DNA of 29,311 bases, taken from positions 1 to 29,311 of IMG/VR virus record IMGVR_UViG_3300030392_000608; one strand, written 5' to 3'. The position numbers were made by a program, and so were the translations under genes. Shown here one piece after another: positions 8,990 through 18,690 of this stretch (positions are counted from its first letter, which is position 1; every line of letters starts with the position of its first letter). The stretch comes from a virus. Taxonomy: Duplodnaviria > Caudoviricetes. The notes under the pieces were generated by a model, which was given only the letters and a program-made list of their open reading frames with translations, was not told the origin of the DNA and did not search any database.

Positions 8990-9153
8990 AGTATTCTTAT
9001 TAATTGTTTAAACATCTTTTTAAAACTTGTGTGATATTCCTGCATACCATAAGCAAAGTCTAATTCTTTATCCTTGTATTCTACTAATTGTAAATGGTCA
9101 ATAGAAGGTGTTATTAATTTTGCTGTTGCTCTTATATAATTTTTTAATTCCAT
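8980..9153 (-). CDS. Hypothetical protein, 57 aa (MELKNYIRATAK...)
   Basis: ORF track 8980..9210, trimmed to the ATG at 9153 that overlaps the upstream gene's end. Confidence 0.6.
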   Translation of the reverse strand: MELKNYIRATAKLITPSIDHLQLVEYKDKELDFAYGMQEYHTSFKKMFKQLIRILWR

Positions 9154-12100
9154 ACTAATAAATTGTAATTTTGAAATTCTATATTCCTGCCACTTTGATA
9201 TAAAGCCCAATTTTCACCAAATGGAAGTGTTAAATTTTGTATTTTTTGAACTGCTAGATCTACTGTCAAAGCCCATATTCTTTTAGTATCAGTTTGGCTA
9301 TCATCTAAGCCAAATTGTAATTCACCACTTGAAGATGTGTCTATATATAAAGTGCAAGTAGTTGGATTTGCACCTTCCCGAATACTAAATTCACTTTGAC
9401 CCCCTGCTGTACTTAGTTGCGTTATTACGCCTTCAAGGTTTTTAAAGGCGGTATAGTAAGCAAATGCTTCAGTCGTACCTACAACATAAGTTGTGCTTGT
9501 TCCACCTATAACAGTAGCTATTCCATTTACCCTTATAATTATATTTGCATTAATTGGAATATATATTTTTTTACCATAATTATTGCCTTCAGGATAAGCA
9601 TAACCTCTTGTGTCTGCTTCAGTATATCCTGATAAAACTATTTTATGTGCTTCGCCTTGTAATTGTGGTGTACCTTTTCTTGCAGTATTGTATTTAATAA
9701 CTATATCATCACCAAAATAGGGTAGTATTGCTTGACTGAATTTACCCGTATCTACGCCCCTTATTAGTGGTCTGTCTGTAGAACCTAATTTACCAGATAA
9801 TAATGTTTTTAATTGCCCTGAATTGGTTAGTGATAGTGGTCTTGATTGTGTTAATAAACGGACAGGCGAACTCCCTGTATTGGAAACGCAAAGATATAAG
9901 CCATCATAATACCCATTTATGGGTTCACCACCTGCTGCCAAACAACAAGCTTTAGGGGCGTGTAATCCAAGATAATTAGGGGCACTTTCATCAGGCGTAC
10001 AACCTGCATCAGAAGCAAGGCACCAAGTATAAAAAGCTCCGTTCCACTCACCAACAGGGATATAATTACAACCATCTGCTAAATCTAAGCTATCTACTAT
10101 TTTTAATAATGTAACTTTAGTGGATACTGTGCCACCTACTTGATAATTGTGAATATTTAGTATTCGCCAATAGGTGTCTTTAATAAATATTTCATCATTG
10201 AATTTAAAATTAAATATATCTACTGCATCAAGCATTATATATGCTTCCATTATTCGTGCATCAATACTGTATATTCCGTTCAGGTATGTTTCCCAATAGA
10301 AATAGAATAGTGTATTATCACGCCAACTATCATCACTTGTGTTATAGTTAAATATAGATAATTCCCCTGCTTGTGGTGGTGCGAAATTCCAATATAAAGA
10401 TTTGTTTGCTGAAGTTAATGTATAAGCATCATCTACAGGTTTAATATCAAAAGGGGTGCAGACAGGGTAAGTTGTAAAAGTGTAGGTGTCAATAGTAGCC
10501 CCTGATGTTGGTTGGTGGTGAAGGTGGTATGTAATCGTATCATCAGCAAATCCTTTTACTGTTGTAGCACTACCATTATAGTAAAATAGTTTAGGTTTTG
10601 TTGCTTCTAAAACATTTTCAATTCCACCTTCAACTGATTTATAACTAAATTCATATTGAACCGCCATATTTGCTAATTCTGTTGGCACTTGTTCGTCTTG
10701 GTTTTGAAATACTTTTTGATTTATAAATGGTGAATAGATAGAATTGTTTTTTAATTCTCCTGTAGCAAAATCATTGTTAGTATTATCATTATAATATTTT
10801 CCATATACATTTAAAGTAGGTGCTTCTTCTTTTATTGATTTATTCATTAAATCAGTGTCTTCTAAATCACTTAAATTAATTATTTTTTTCTGTATTGATG
10901 TTGTGTCTTTTACTATTATCTCTTTTGAAGTGTCTAATTTATCAGTCCAATGTTTAATGGTACTTGCTGCTAAATAATCATTATAAGGTTCTAGAATAAT
11001 ATTAGAAGCATTATCAGGATCAGCTAAAATTACAAGATTAAACCTTTGTATTATGTCTTTTAAAAACGCCTTTTGTGTTATGCTATAATCTATACAAGCA
11101 GGTACATCTACAACATTATCAAAAACACCTGAATTATATGCAGTCCAAGACATATGTATTTTGGTTTCTAAATTTTCAGTTGTAAAACTAGCGTCAATAC
11201 CCAATTTAAAATATGCTAATTGATTTTCGTTGCTTTTTTTAAATGGCATCGGGGTCATATATATTCTTGCAGTATCACCTACAGGCACATTAACAAGGCT
11301 TATTACAAAATCATTAATATTGTATTCATAACTTTGATAAATAGAATAACTTACAAAATTATTAATATTTTCTAATTCATATGTGCCTGTAAAAAACACT
11401 TCATCTGTGTCTGTGTTGGTTGTGGTATTATATCCTACAACAGTAATTGTTACATAATGGTCTTCACCCGTACAAGGCTCTATATTCCTTCTTGCTGTTT
11501 TTGTTTTTATTGTTAATTCTTGCATTGTGGGAAGGGTGCGTGTAAAATAATAGTCATCATTATTCCAAATGTTAGAAGTATCGCTTACATCTGTATTGGC
11601 AGGGAATAAAGTAGGTGTGGGTGTATCTGTTCCACATACAGGGTCATTATCTGCTGCGTAATAATAATTTCCCCAAGTGCCATCATTTCCTGCCGTCATT
11701 ATTCCCTCAGGTGTTGCTGAAGCACCTACAGTTGGTATTGAAGGTTCTGTTAAAAAGTTCGCTGTTGTAGTAAATAGTTTCCCAAAATAAGCATCATCTA
11801 TAAAAGTAGAAGTATATGAAAACCCTGCCCTTGCTAGAATTAATTTAAATAGTGTTCTTAATTGTATGGCAGGCCTAAATTGTTCTATTGGCACTATAAA
11901 TTGCGCTGCATCATCTACACTAGAATTATCTTCACCTGCTATTGCAATGATTTGGGCAGCGGTTAGATTTAAGTATACTAATTGCCCATTATCATAATAA
12001 AAGTTTTTAACAGTAGGTGTTATTGGGTACATAACTTTCTGAACACCCGCATCTGCATCTCTTAATGAAACGCCACCAGGATTGTTTACAAAAGAACTAC

Positions 12101-12599
12101 TAGCCCCGTTCCAAGATAATGCTAAATTGCTTTCATTATAAGTATGGTTTAATTCATCACTATAACTTCCATCATCATTTAAAAAAACATCTCTTAATTT
12201 TTTTTCACCTATAACACTAAACAGACTGGCAGTATTAGACACCAATGCTACTTCATACATTTGTGCTTTTTGGTATACTGATTTTAATTGTATAAAGCCT
12301 TCAAATTGTGGTATTGTGCCAACATATAAAACAGCATCAAATTTTGTTCTAGTGCTAAATACTAAAGTTGTTAAATTAACATTAAACCAAGTCTGAAAAA
12401 ACTCGTTATTATTATCAGTAAATGGTAATTTAAAAGTTTGGGAATAGCTAGCTTTTCTTGTTTCAGGTTCTTTAATATCGCTAAACTGAAAATTAAGACT
12501 AACAGAAGGGTGTTCTTGTAGGTCTAAATTATAAGCAGTTTCAGCAGTAGTATCATCTGTAGCGGGTCTATATGCAACTAATCTCAGTTTAGAAGACAT
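9144..12599 (-). CDS. Large tail tip / central fibre-like protein
   Basis: 1151 aa. Conserved-looking N-terminus (FSDIKEPETRKASYSQTFKLP), later block IIQRFNL...IEPY, and a Cys-rich linker before the C-terminal domain. Confidence 0.7.
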   Translation of the reverse strand: MSSKLRLVAYRPATDDTTAETAYNLDLQEHPSVSLNFQFSDIKEPETRKASYSQTFKLPFTDNNNEFFQTWFNVNLTTLVFSTRTKFDAVLYVGTIPQFEGFIQLKSVYQKAQMYEVALVSNTASLFSVIGEKKLRDVFLNDDGSYSDELNHTYNESNLALSWNGASSSFVNNPGGVSLRDADAGVQKVMYPITPTVKNFYYDNGQLVYLNLTAAQIIAIAGEDNSSVDDAAQFIVPIEQFRPAIQLRTLFKLILARAGFSYTSTFIDDAYFGKLFTTTANFLTEPSIPTVGASATPEGIMTAGNDGTWGNYYYAADNDPVCGTDTPTPTLFPANTDVSDTSNIWNNDDYYFTRTLPTMQELTIKTKTARRNIEPCTGEDHYVTITVVGYNTTTNTDTDEVFFTGTYELENINNFVSYSIYQSYEYNINDFVISLVNVPVGDTARIYMTPMPFKKSNENQLAYFKLGIDASFTTENLETKIHMSWTAYNSGVFDNVVDVPACIDYSITQKAFLKDIIQRFNLVILADPDNASNIILEPYNDYLAASTIKHWTDKLDTSKEIIVKDTTSIQKKIINLSDLEDTDLMNKSIKEEAPTLNVYGKYYNDNTNNDFATGELKNNSIYSPFINQKVFQNQDEQVPTELANMAVQYEFSYKSVEGGIENVLEATKPKLFYYNGSATTVKGFADDTITYHLHHQPTSGATIDTYTFTTYPVCTPFDIKPVDDAYTLTSANKSLYWNFAPPQAGELSIFNYNTSDDSWRDNTLFYFYWETYLNGIYSIDARIMEAYIMLDAVDIFNFKFNDEIFIKDTYWRILNIHNYQVGGTVSTKVTLLKIVDSLDLADGCNYIPVGEWNGAFYTWCLASDAGCTPDESAPNYLGLHAPKACCLAAGGEPINGYYDGLYLCVSNTGSSPVRLLTQSRPLSLTNSGQLKTLLSGKLGSTDRPLIRGVDTGKFSQAILPYFGDDIVIKYNTARKGTPQLQGEAHKIVLSGYTEADTRGYAYPEGNNYGKKIYIPINANIIIRVNGIATVIGGTSTTYVVGTTEAFAYYTAFKNLEGVITQLSTAGGQSEFSIREGANPTTCTLYIDTSSSGELQFGLDDSQTDTKRIWALTVDLAVQKIQNLTLPFGENWALYQSGRNIEFQNYNLLVWN

Positions 12600-14086
12600 T
12601 ATGAATTAGTGTTTACAGGGTTAGCATATTCTATGTTTATTGTGTACTGTATCATTTTATCATTAGCAGAAGTTTTTTTAACAAAACTAGAATTGGTAAT
12701 TATAACACCTTCGGTGTAAGTAGTGTCTGCATTTTCTATAATATAAACAGCAGTAGACATTATAAGTTTTTCTAATAATATAGCATCTTGTTCTGTGATC
12801 CAATCTGTCTGTAGTGTTTCTTTTAATATGGCAGTAACTTTTCTTGTTGTTATACCTCTTTGTGTATCGTTATATGAATACTTGCTACCATTAAATCTAC
12901 CTATCAAAGTATTATAATTGTTTCTAGTTACATTTATTGTTTGTGTTGACTTCATTTTAAAATTAAAATAGTCATATCCACCAACACTATTACGCCACGC
13001 CAATCTTCTAACTTTAAAGCCTTTACAACTACCATCTTGTTTTATGAAATAATATAAGTTGGTCATAAGTGCAAAACTTCCATTATATCCTGCTACTGTA
13101 TAATAAGCCCAATCAGCAAAATTAGAAGGTTGGGCTGCACCTGCTGAAGTTCCGGCACTACTATAAGCATCTACTGTTGAAGTTTCTAAATTTTGTGCAC
13201 CACAACCAAAGTATAGTAATCTTTCTTCATCTGTATCTACTTCTGAATTTGGAATAGCACCACCATTTGCATTTGTGTTTGCTATGTATTGTGCATTACC
13301 AATAGTAGAACCAGAACTATCTTTATATATTATACCAATCCAATCTATATCACTTTGAAAATTAGTATAGTCATTTAAAAATGCTATTGTATGGTAGTCG
13401 GTTTCTTGTATATAGTTTCTTCTAACAGAACCTATATTATATTCTGCTACACTACTTTCTACATCACTTAAAAATAAATCGGTAGCACTTGAACCTTGAT
13501 ATTTTTGAAAGTAGTTACTTTGCAAAAAAGCAGCATCATCATCTCTAGCTGTAAATAATGGTGCTGAAGCCTGTATATAATAAAGCGTATCGTTTACAGT
13601 AGGTGAGGGGTATTCGGCAGGTGTGTCTGTTATGTTTTCAGCATACTCTTGGTATGCCACTACATAGATAGAAGATATTTGTGTTTTACCTTCTTTACTG
13701 TCGCCATTTACGCTGAAGGGTTTTGCAGGGGTATTTTCGCCTATTGTATGTATTGACAGAAATGGTTGTCCTGTATCATTTTGATCCCAGACAGTATCTA
13801 CTAAAGCAGTATTAACTATATCTCTTAAATCAAAGTATGCTCTTGCTCTATCATTAGTAACATCAACACTATACCCGTTTCTTCTTTGCTTAATTTTACC
13901 TATTAAATTAGCTGCTACTGCACTTGTGCCTGTATATACTTCAAGTATTAATTTAAAATAGAATAAATCACTAATATCAGATTGCTTTACCATATACCCA
14001 ATGACAGGTGTCCAATTAGTAATAACAGGTATTTTGTCTGCACTATTTAAAGGTTCTTGTTCAAATGTTATACTTCCTATTGCCAT
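12599..14086 (-). CDS. Tail protein (distal tail/baseplate-like)
   Basis: 495 aa with C-terminal WRNSVGGYDYFNF...LQTDWI...LIMSTAVY block. Coupled to the 1151-aa gene. Confidence 0.65.
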   Translation of the reverse strand: MAIGSITFEQEPLNSADKIPVITNWTPVIGYMVKQSDISDLFYFKLILEVYTGTSAVAANLIGKIKQRRNGYSVDVTNDRARAYFDLRDIVNTALVDTVWDQNDTGQPFLSIHTIGENTPAKPFSVNGDSKEGKTQISSIYVVAYQEYAENITDTPAEYPSPTVNDTLYYIQASAPLFTARDDDAAFLQSNYFQKYQGSSATDLFLSDVESSVAEYNIGSVRRNYIQETDYHTIAFLNDYTNFQSDIDWIGIIYKDSSGSTIGNAQYIANTNANGGAIPNSEVDTDEERLLYFGCGAQNLETSTVDAYSSAGTSAGAAQPSNFADWAYYTVAGYNGSFALMTNLYYFIKQDGSCKGFKVRRLAWRNSVGGYDYFNFKMKSTQTINVTRNNYNTLIGRFNGSKYSYNDTQRGITTRKVTAILKETLQTDWITEQDAILLEKLIMSTAVYIIENADTTYTEGVIITNSSFVKKTSANDKMIQYTINIEYANPVNTNS

Positions 14087-14089
14087 AAT

Positions 14090-14647
14090 TTATTTTATTT
14101 GTTTTGCTAATTCTATTTCTAAATCATCTGCAAATGCTTCTGTGATTTTATTAGTTTGCCTGTTTAATTGTTGTGTAAATGGTTTTGTAAAAAATTGCGT
14201 TCTTTCTAGACCCCTTTGGTATATTGCTCTTTGTATTAAAAACACTAAAGATTTTCTTCCTACAAATCGCCCACTTTTATCTCTTGTTGCTTTAAGACCT
14301 TTACTAACAACCCACCTATCTATTGCGGTTCTAAACTTTCCCCACGTTCCTTTAAATTTACCACTACCAAATCTAAACTTTGTATTACCACCCCTCATTT
14401 TTCCGCTACCTTTAAAACCACCTGCACCCCTAACACCTTCATCAACGAAAGCCCAATAATCTTCTGCACCACCAAATTCAAATTCTAATTCTAGACCCTT
14501 TGGTGTTTTTCTAACTAAATAATCAAAGTCATTATATAGGGTATTCTTGCTTGTAGTTTTCTTCTTTCTTTTAAGTATCTGTCTGCCTTCCTTGATTACA
14601 TTGCGACCAAGTTTCTGCATTGCCTGTATTGTGTTTTTTAATTCCAT
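14090..14647 (-). CDS. Putative tail completion / neck protein
   Basis: 185 aa, basic, with YWAFVDEG and IYQRGLERTQFFTKP motifs resembling HK97 gp10-like neck proteins. Confidence 0.55.
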   Translation of the reverse strand: MELKNTIQAMQKLGRNVIKEGRQILKRKKKTTSKNTLYNDFDYLVRKTPKGLELEFEFGGAEDYWAFVDEGVRGAGGFKGSGKMRGGNTKFRFGSGKFKGTWGKFRTAIDRWVVSKGLKATRDKSGRFVGRKSLVFLIQRAIYQRGLERTQFFTKPFTQQLNRQTNKITEAFADDLEIELAKQIK

Positions 14648-15114
14648 TATGAATTAGGTGTTATTGGGGATATACAAAGATTGTTAGTATTATTAACTTC
14701 AATATTTAAAGTAGCGTTCCACCCCGTAAGCACATTATCAAACCTTGCTGTAAATGGCTCTGCTGTAATTGGAATATCTAATACTATTTCATTAGCTACC
14801 CAACTTGTTGAATAAAGATTTTGCTTAAATTCATTTATTACATCTTGAAGGATTTGTAGGTTTTCGCTAAAAGTATCATTTCTATCGTCACTATCTTCTT
14901 GCAACATATCTAGGACATAAATATTAAATGAATAAGTTAACGAACCTTGATCTATTGTAGCAGTACCAGGTTCAGCATATAAGATAGGATAATCTTCTGC
15001 ACCTAGTTTATTTATATCTACTTCATCTAAAAAGCCACTATGAAAAGATTGCAGGGCTAAATGGTTTTCTGCAATAGTGTCTAAATATCCAACTACATTT
15101 CTAAATGTTATCAT
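14647..15114 (-). CDS. Putative tail terminator protein
   Basis: 155 aa, acidic, with YPILY and PFTARFDNVLTGW segments. Adjacent to the neck gene. Confidence 0.55.
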   Translation of the reverse strand: MITFRNVVGYLDTIAENHLALQSFHSGFLDEVDINKLGAEDYPILYAEPGTATIDQGSLTYSFNIYVLDMLQEDSDDRNDTFSENLQILQDVINEFKQNLYSTSWVANEIVLDIPITAEPFTARFDNVLTGWNATLNIEVNNTNNLCISPITPNS

Positions 15115-15349
15115 AATTGTTTTTCTGTTTATTATTATAATCTTGACTAAATGCTAAATAAGTCAACACTTCAAGTATCGGTATCTTTGTTATTTTATCA
15201 ATATCAAGTATACTATTAGCCAAGCTGTAGAGTATGTTATACCACCCCCACTTAGATTGCATACTTATACCTTTTGTTGTTTCGTTTCCTGTGCTTTCAA
15301 ATAACGGACTGAAGTCATTGCTAATACGCTTCCTAAAGTCAAAAAAAAA
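15101..15349 (-). CDS. -1 frameshift extension of the tail assembly chaperone (gpGT-like, fusion about 248 aa)
   Basis: The -1 frame from the T9 run reads FFFDFRKRISNDFSPLFESTGNETTKGISMQSKWGWYNILYSLANSILDIDKITKIPILEVLTYLAFSQDYNNKQKNNYDNI* and fills the gap to the next gene. Confidence 0.8.
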   Translation of the reverse strand, partial: FFFDFRKRISNDFSPLFESTGNETTKGISMQSKWGWYNILYSLANSILDIDKITKIPILEVLTYLAFSQDYNNKQKNNYDNI

Positions 15350-15846
15350 CCAAGACTATTTAGTGCTATATCCATTGGGCAATCTTTAAATAGTTCTTCT
15401 TTAAATTCATCAGGGTTATAATTTTCAATAGCATACCTTTCGTTTCTTTTAAATGTTATTTTTCTATATAGAATACTCATTATTATATGCAAGTTTTCTA
15501 TAGGTTCTTTGCAATATGTTTCAAGGTCAATATATTCGCCTGTTGTGATATTGCTTAAATTAGGCACAAATCCATATTCTTCTTTATTGAATACAAACCT
15601 CTTTCTAAATTCTTGTTTGTCTGGCTCTGTGTCTACCATTGTTTTAATTATGCCCATTATCTCTAATAAGTCCTTGTAAGCCATTTTCTTTACTACCGCA
15701 GTAGTGGTATCACATAATAGGGCTAAACTCTTTAAAACCTTATTTTTCTCGCTTCCCTTTGCTTCTTGTATTTTTACATATTTCTGATAGGTAGCTATTG
15801 TTATGTCTTGCCACTTATCAGGAATTTTTAAAGTTATTTCTGCCAT
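15265..15846 (-). CDS. Tail assembly chaperone (gpG-like)
   Basis: 193 aa with YGFVPNL...GEYIDLE and a slippery GGT TTT TTT TTG near the 3' end. Confidence 0.7.
   Translation of the reverse strand: MAEITLKIPDKWQDITIATYQKYVKIQEAKGSEKNKVLKSLALLCDTTTAVVKKMAYKDLLEIMGIIKTMVDTEPDKQEFRKRFVFNKEEYGFVPNLSNITTGEYIDLETYCKEPIENLHIIMSILYRKITFKRNERYAIENYNPDEFKEELFKDCPMDIALNSLGFFLTLGSVLAMTSVRYLKAQETKQQKV
15341..15351 (-). promoter_or_regulatory. Programmed -1 ribosomal frameshift slippery site (T TTT TTT)
   Basis: GG followed by 9 T on the minus strand, in X XXY YYZ register. Confidence 0.8.
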
Positions 15847-15850
15847 TACT

Positions 15851-15876
15851 AATAAATATAAAAGTTAATAAATTGT
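15851..15876 (-). promoter_or_regulatory. Putative late promoter (copy 1)
   Basis: ACAA-TTTATTAACT-TTTATATTTATT, 4 nt before the chaperone ATG. Confidence 0.75.
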
Positions 15877-15882
15877 CTTTTG

Positions 15883-17040
15883 TTATAAAATATAGTATTT
15901 GCCACTATGATTAATTGCTAATTTGTTTAAGCATAAATACCTTGTAGCATCTACTAAATGGTCATTGATTTTTACAGGCGTATTAAGTACATCACCATTT
16001 TTATCTGTAGCCCATTTATAAGACCTAAATTCTTTGATTGCATTTAAACTGCTTTTTGTAATATGTAGTTTATACCTTCGCATTATATCAATACCTAAAT
16101 GAATACCTGCACCTTTTTTAGCGGGTTTTATATTAAAGCCTTGTCTGTATATTTCTTCTATGCTTTTAGGTTCTGCACTATCAGCTACTATTTCTGTTTG
16201 TCTGTCAATACCAAATTCTTTTAATTTAGTTGCTAAGTCAGTATTAGTTAATCGCTTTTGATATAGCAGTTCTTTGATGTATAAACTATCGTCTAATTGC
16301 CTAATTTCTACAAGTGCTGTTGGGCTATTAGTAAAGCCAAAATCTAAGCCATATCCAATCAATCTACCTTGCACATCATCTACCAAATTAAACTTTCTAA
16401 ATATCATTGTCTGTATACTTCCTATTTCACCAAGTCCGTATATTTGCCAATAGTCAGGGTCAAGGTCTTTAAGCCTTTCAATTTCTTCTATTGTATCTTT
16501 ATCTAAAAATGGGTTTGCTTTATATGTTGATTTTATAAATGTGCAATCATCTCTAATTAATACTTTGTCATATATCCAACTATAAGGATCAGAAGGGTTA
16601 TAATCTAAATATATTTTGTCTTGTGTTCTAAATATAATCTGCTGAAAATCCTCATAAGTAAATTCTGTTGTTTCATTAAGCCAAGCATAGTGTCTTTTAC
16701 GCCCTCGCAATTTGGCAGGGTTATCAACTGAAAGAAATTCTATTAGGTTATTATTTAATATATAAGACAGTTCTGATTTGTTATGGTATTCTTCACTATA
16801 TAAACCCAACTCTTTTAGTATGTTTAAAAAATCTCTATAAGAAGTGCCTTTAAGTGCAGGTAGGGTCTTTCTAATAACACTAAACACTTTACCTGTGTCT
16901 TGTAGTGCTTTGGTTATAAATAATTGTATTAGGCTATATGTTTTACTGCTTCTAGTACCACCTTGCAAACATACAATTCTAGTATCAGCTGCATAAGCCC
17001 TATTGAATACATTTGTGGTTTTAATCTTTACCTGTGTCAA
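15883..17040 (-). CDS. terL: Terminase large subunit (PBSX/SPP1-like)
   Basis: Walker A-like GGTRSSKT, Walker B WLNE, YNP motif, and nuclease motifs GLDFG, ADSAEP and DHLVDATRY. TTG start. Confidence 0.95.
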   Translation of the reverse strand: MTQVKIKTTNVFNRAYAADTRIVCLQGGTRSSKTYSLIQLFITKALQDTGKVFSVIRKTLPALKGTSYRDFLNILKELGLYSEEYHNKSELSYILNNNLIEFLSVDNPAKLRGRKRHYAWLNETTEFTYEDFQQIIFRTQDKIYLDYNPSDPYSWIYDKVLIRDDCTFIKSTYKANPFLDKDTIEEIERLKDLDPDYWQIYGLGEIGSIQTMIFRKFNLVDDVQGRLIGYGLDFGFTNSPTALVEIRQLDDSLYIKELLYQKRLTNTDLATKLKEFGIDRQTEIVADSAEPKSIEEIYRQGFNIKPAKKGAGIHLGIDIMRRYKLHITKSSLNAIKEFRSYKWATDKNGDVLNTPVKINDHLVDATRYLCLNKLAINHSGKYYIL

Positions 17041-17383
17041 TAACTTCTATTTTAATTTCTGTAATATTTTTGCCACCACTTGTAATATCTAAGTTTGACT
17101 TTTCAGTATATCCTCTGTCTTTAGCTTTGGACTTTAAATAGAAGATAATACTTGTTTCTTTGCCTTTAGATATATTCTTAATTAGTTGTCCTTCTACATA
17201 ATCAACTTGAGCTTCTTTAATTTCTTCTACTGCTTTAGCAAATTCTTCATCTTCTTTTACATACCGATAGTATGTTGATCTGCTTATATTACCTGCCTTT
17301 TTACAAGCGTGATATATTAAGCCTTGCGTTTCTTTTAACGCTTCTAATAGTTTTTCTTTTTTATTGTGTGCCATTTGTATCAT
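17021..17383 (-). CDS. terS: Terminase small subunit
   Basis: N-terminal HTH (ACKKAGNISRSTYYRY) and IIFYLKSKAKDRGY. Overlaps the terL start. Confidence 0.85.
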   Translation of the reverse strand: MIQMAHNKKEKLLEALKETQGLIYHACKKAGNISRSTYYRYVKEDEEFAKAVEEIKEAQVDYVEGQLIKNISKGKETSIIFYLKSKAKDRGYTEKSNLDITSGGKNITEIKIEVIDTGKD

Positions 17384-17416
17384 TTAAAGTTATAATATAT
17401 AGACTTAATTATTATT

Positions 17417-17542
17417 TTAATCACTTCTATGTTTACTATTATTATTGTTCTTATTCGGTTGTATGTATTTCTCATTTAAAACTTTTATCTTTTTTTTAAA
17501 TTGTTTTATTTTCTTTTTACAGTTTATTTTTATACACCACAT
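17417..17542 (-). CDS. Possible small basic ORF, 41 aa (MWCIKINCKKKIKQF...)
   Basis: ATG overlaps the end of the methyltransferase gene. Low complexity, so it may be spurious. Confidence 0.3.
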   Translation of the reverse strand: MWCIKINCKKKIKQFKKKIKVLNEKYIQPNKNNNNSKHRSD

Positions 17543-18690
17543 TTAATTGCTTTTTGATTAGTGAATTGTTGCCACCTTTCAATAATCACATCACAGTATT
17601 TAGTGTCTAATTCCATACCATAGCAAATCCTGTTAGTTTTTTCACAAGCAATTAATGTTGAACCACTACCTAAAAAAATATCTAATACTATATTTCCTGT
17701 ATGATTTCTAATTGCTTTTTCTGCAAGTGCTATTGGTTTCTGTGTTGGGTGATAATTATTCTGTGCATCTCTTTTTAATTCCCATATGGTGCTTTCTGTT
17801 GTAGAGCCAACCCAATTTAATTTTTTTCCTTTAGGTTTAAAATATAGGCAGGGTTCGTGTCTTTGCTTATATTGTGCATTCATAGCAGCATATTTTGCGT
17901 TGGTTTTATGCCAAATTATTAAGGCGTGGATTTCACATTTATTACTTTTTACTGCACCATATACTTCAAATACTTTACTGTCTGAAAACCACATATAAAT
18001 AGCACCATTTACATAGGGCAATATAACAGGTAGAAATTTATCGTATATACAAGCATTAACATCATTTTTCAATTTTTCTCTTTTTCTTTTAATGTTAACA
18101 TTTCCCGAATGAAAATGTCCACCTTCATAATTTACGCCATAAGGTGGGTCTGTTAATACCATATCTGCTTTCTGTCCGTTCATTAGTTTTTTAACATCAC
18201 TTTCTATTGTACTATCACCACACATTAATCTGTGTTTTCCTAATTGCCAAACATCACCTAATTTAACTCTGCTTTCTTTTACTTCTGGTATATGGTCATC
18301 TTCTATATTGCCACCAATTTTATCTATGTTAATATCTAAATCAATATGCTTAAAACCCCAATCTACAAGTTCGTCTATATCAAATTCATTAGCCAAAATA
18401 TCCATATCAAATTCTCCTGTGTTTTTGTTTAGCCTTACATTTAATTCTCTTTCTTCTTCTTTTGATAAGTCAAGAACAACACAATCTATTTCTTTATATT
18501 TTAATGCTGTGCAAATCTTTAGTCTTTGGTGTCCACCAATAACAGTCATATCTTTATTGATAATTATGGGGTCAACCAGACCGAACTTTTCTATTGACTT
18601 TTTTAGGTCGTTATACTGCTTTGTAGTAATCTGTCTAGGATTGTAAGTAGCAGGATTTAATTCTGACAATAATTTATGTTCTATTTGCAT
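17530..18690 (-). CDS. ParB-like domain fused to an amino-DNA methyltransferase (beta class, probably N6-adenine)
   Basis: ParB-like YNPR and IGGHQR, catalytic TDPPY, HPTQKP, and SAM-binding DIFLGSGST. Confidence 0.92.
   Translation of the reverse strand: MQIEHKLLSELNPATYNPRQITTKQYNDLKKSIEKFGLVDPIIINKDMTVIGGHQRLKICTALKYKEIDCVVLDLSKEEERELNVRLNKNTGEFDMDILANEFDIDELVDWGFKHIDLDINIDKIGGNIEDDHIPEVKESRVKLGDVWQLGKHRLMCGDSTIESDVKKLMNGQKADMVLTDPPYGVNYEGGHFHSGNVNIKRKREKLKNDVNACIYDKFLPVILPYVNGAIYMWFSDSKVFEVYGAVKSNKCEIHALIIWHKTNAKYAAMNAQYKQRHEPCLYFKPKGKKLNWVGSTTESTIWELKRDAQNNYHPTQKPIALAEKAIRNHTGNIVLDIFLGSGSTLIACEKTNRICYGMELDTKYCDVIIERWQQFTNQKAIKCGV

Noticed and set aside
8019-9011. 330-aa plus-strand ORF
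   Set aside because: Antisense shadow of the tape measure gene, with the Ser/Leu/Phe-rich composition expected from reverse-complemented Lys/Glu/Ala codons.
9140-14647. Two genes starting with the same MELKN (at 9153 and 14647)
   Set aside because: Identity is limited to about 14 A-rich nucleotides with no further similarity, so it is probably coincidence.
17384-17420. Late-promoter copy upstream of terS
   Set aside because: Only a weak TATATATTA resemblance, with no ACAA at the required spacing.
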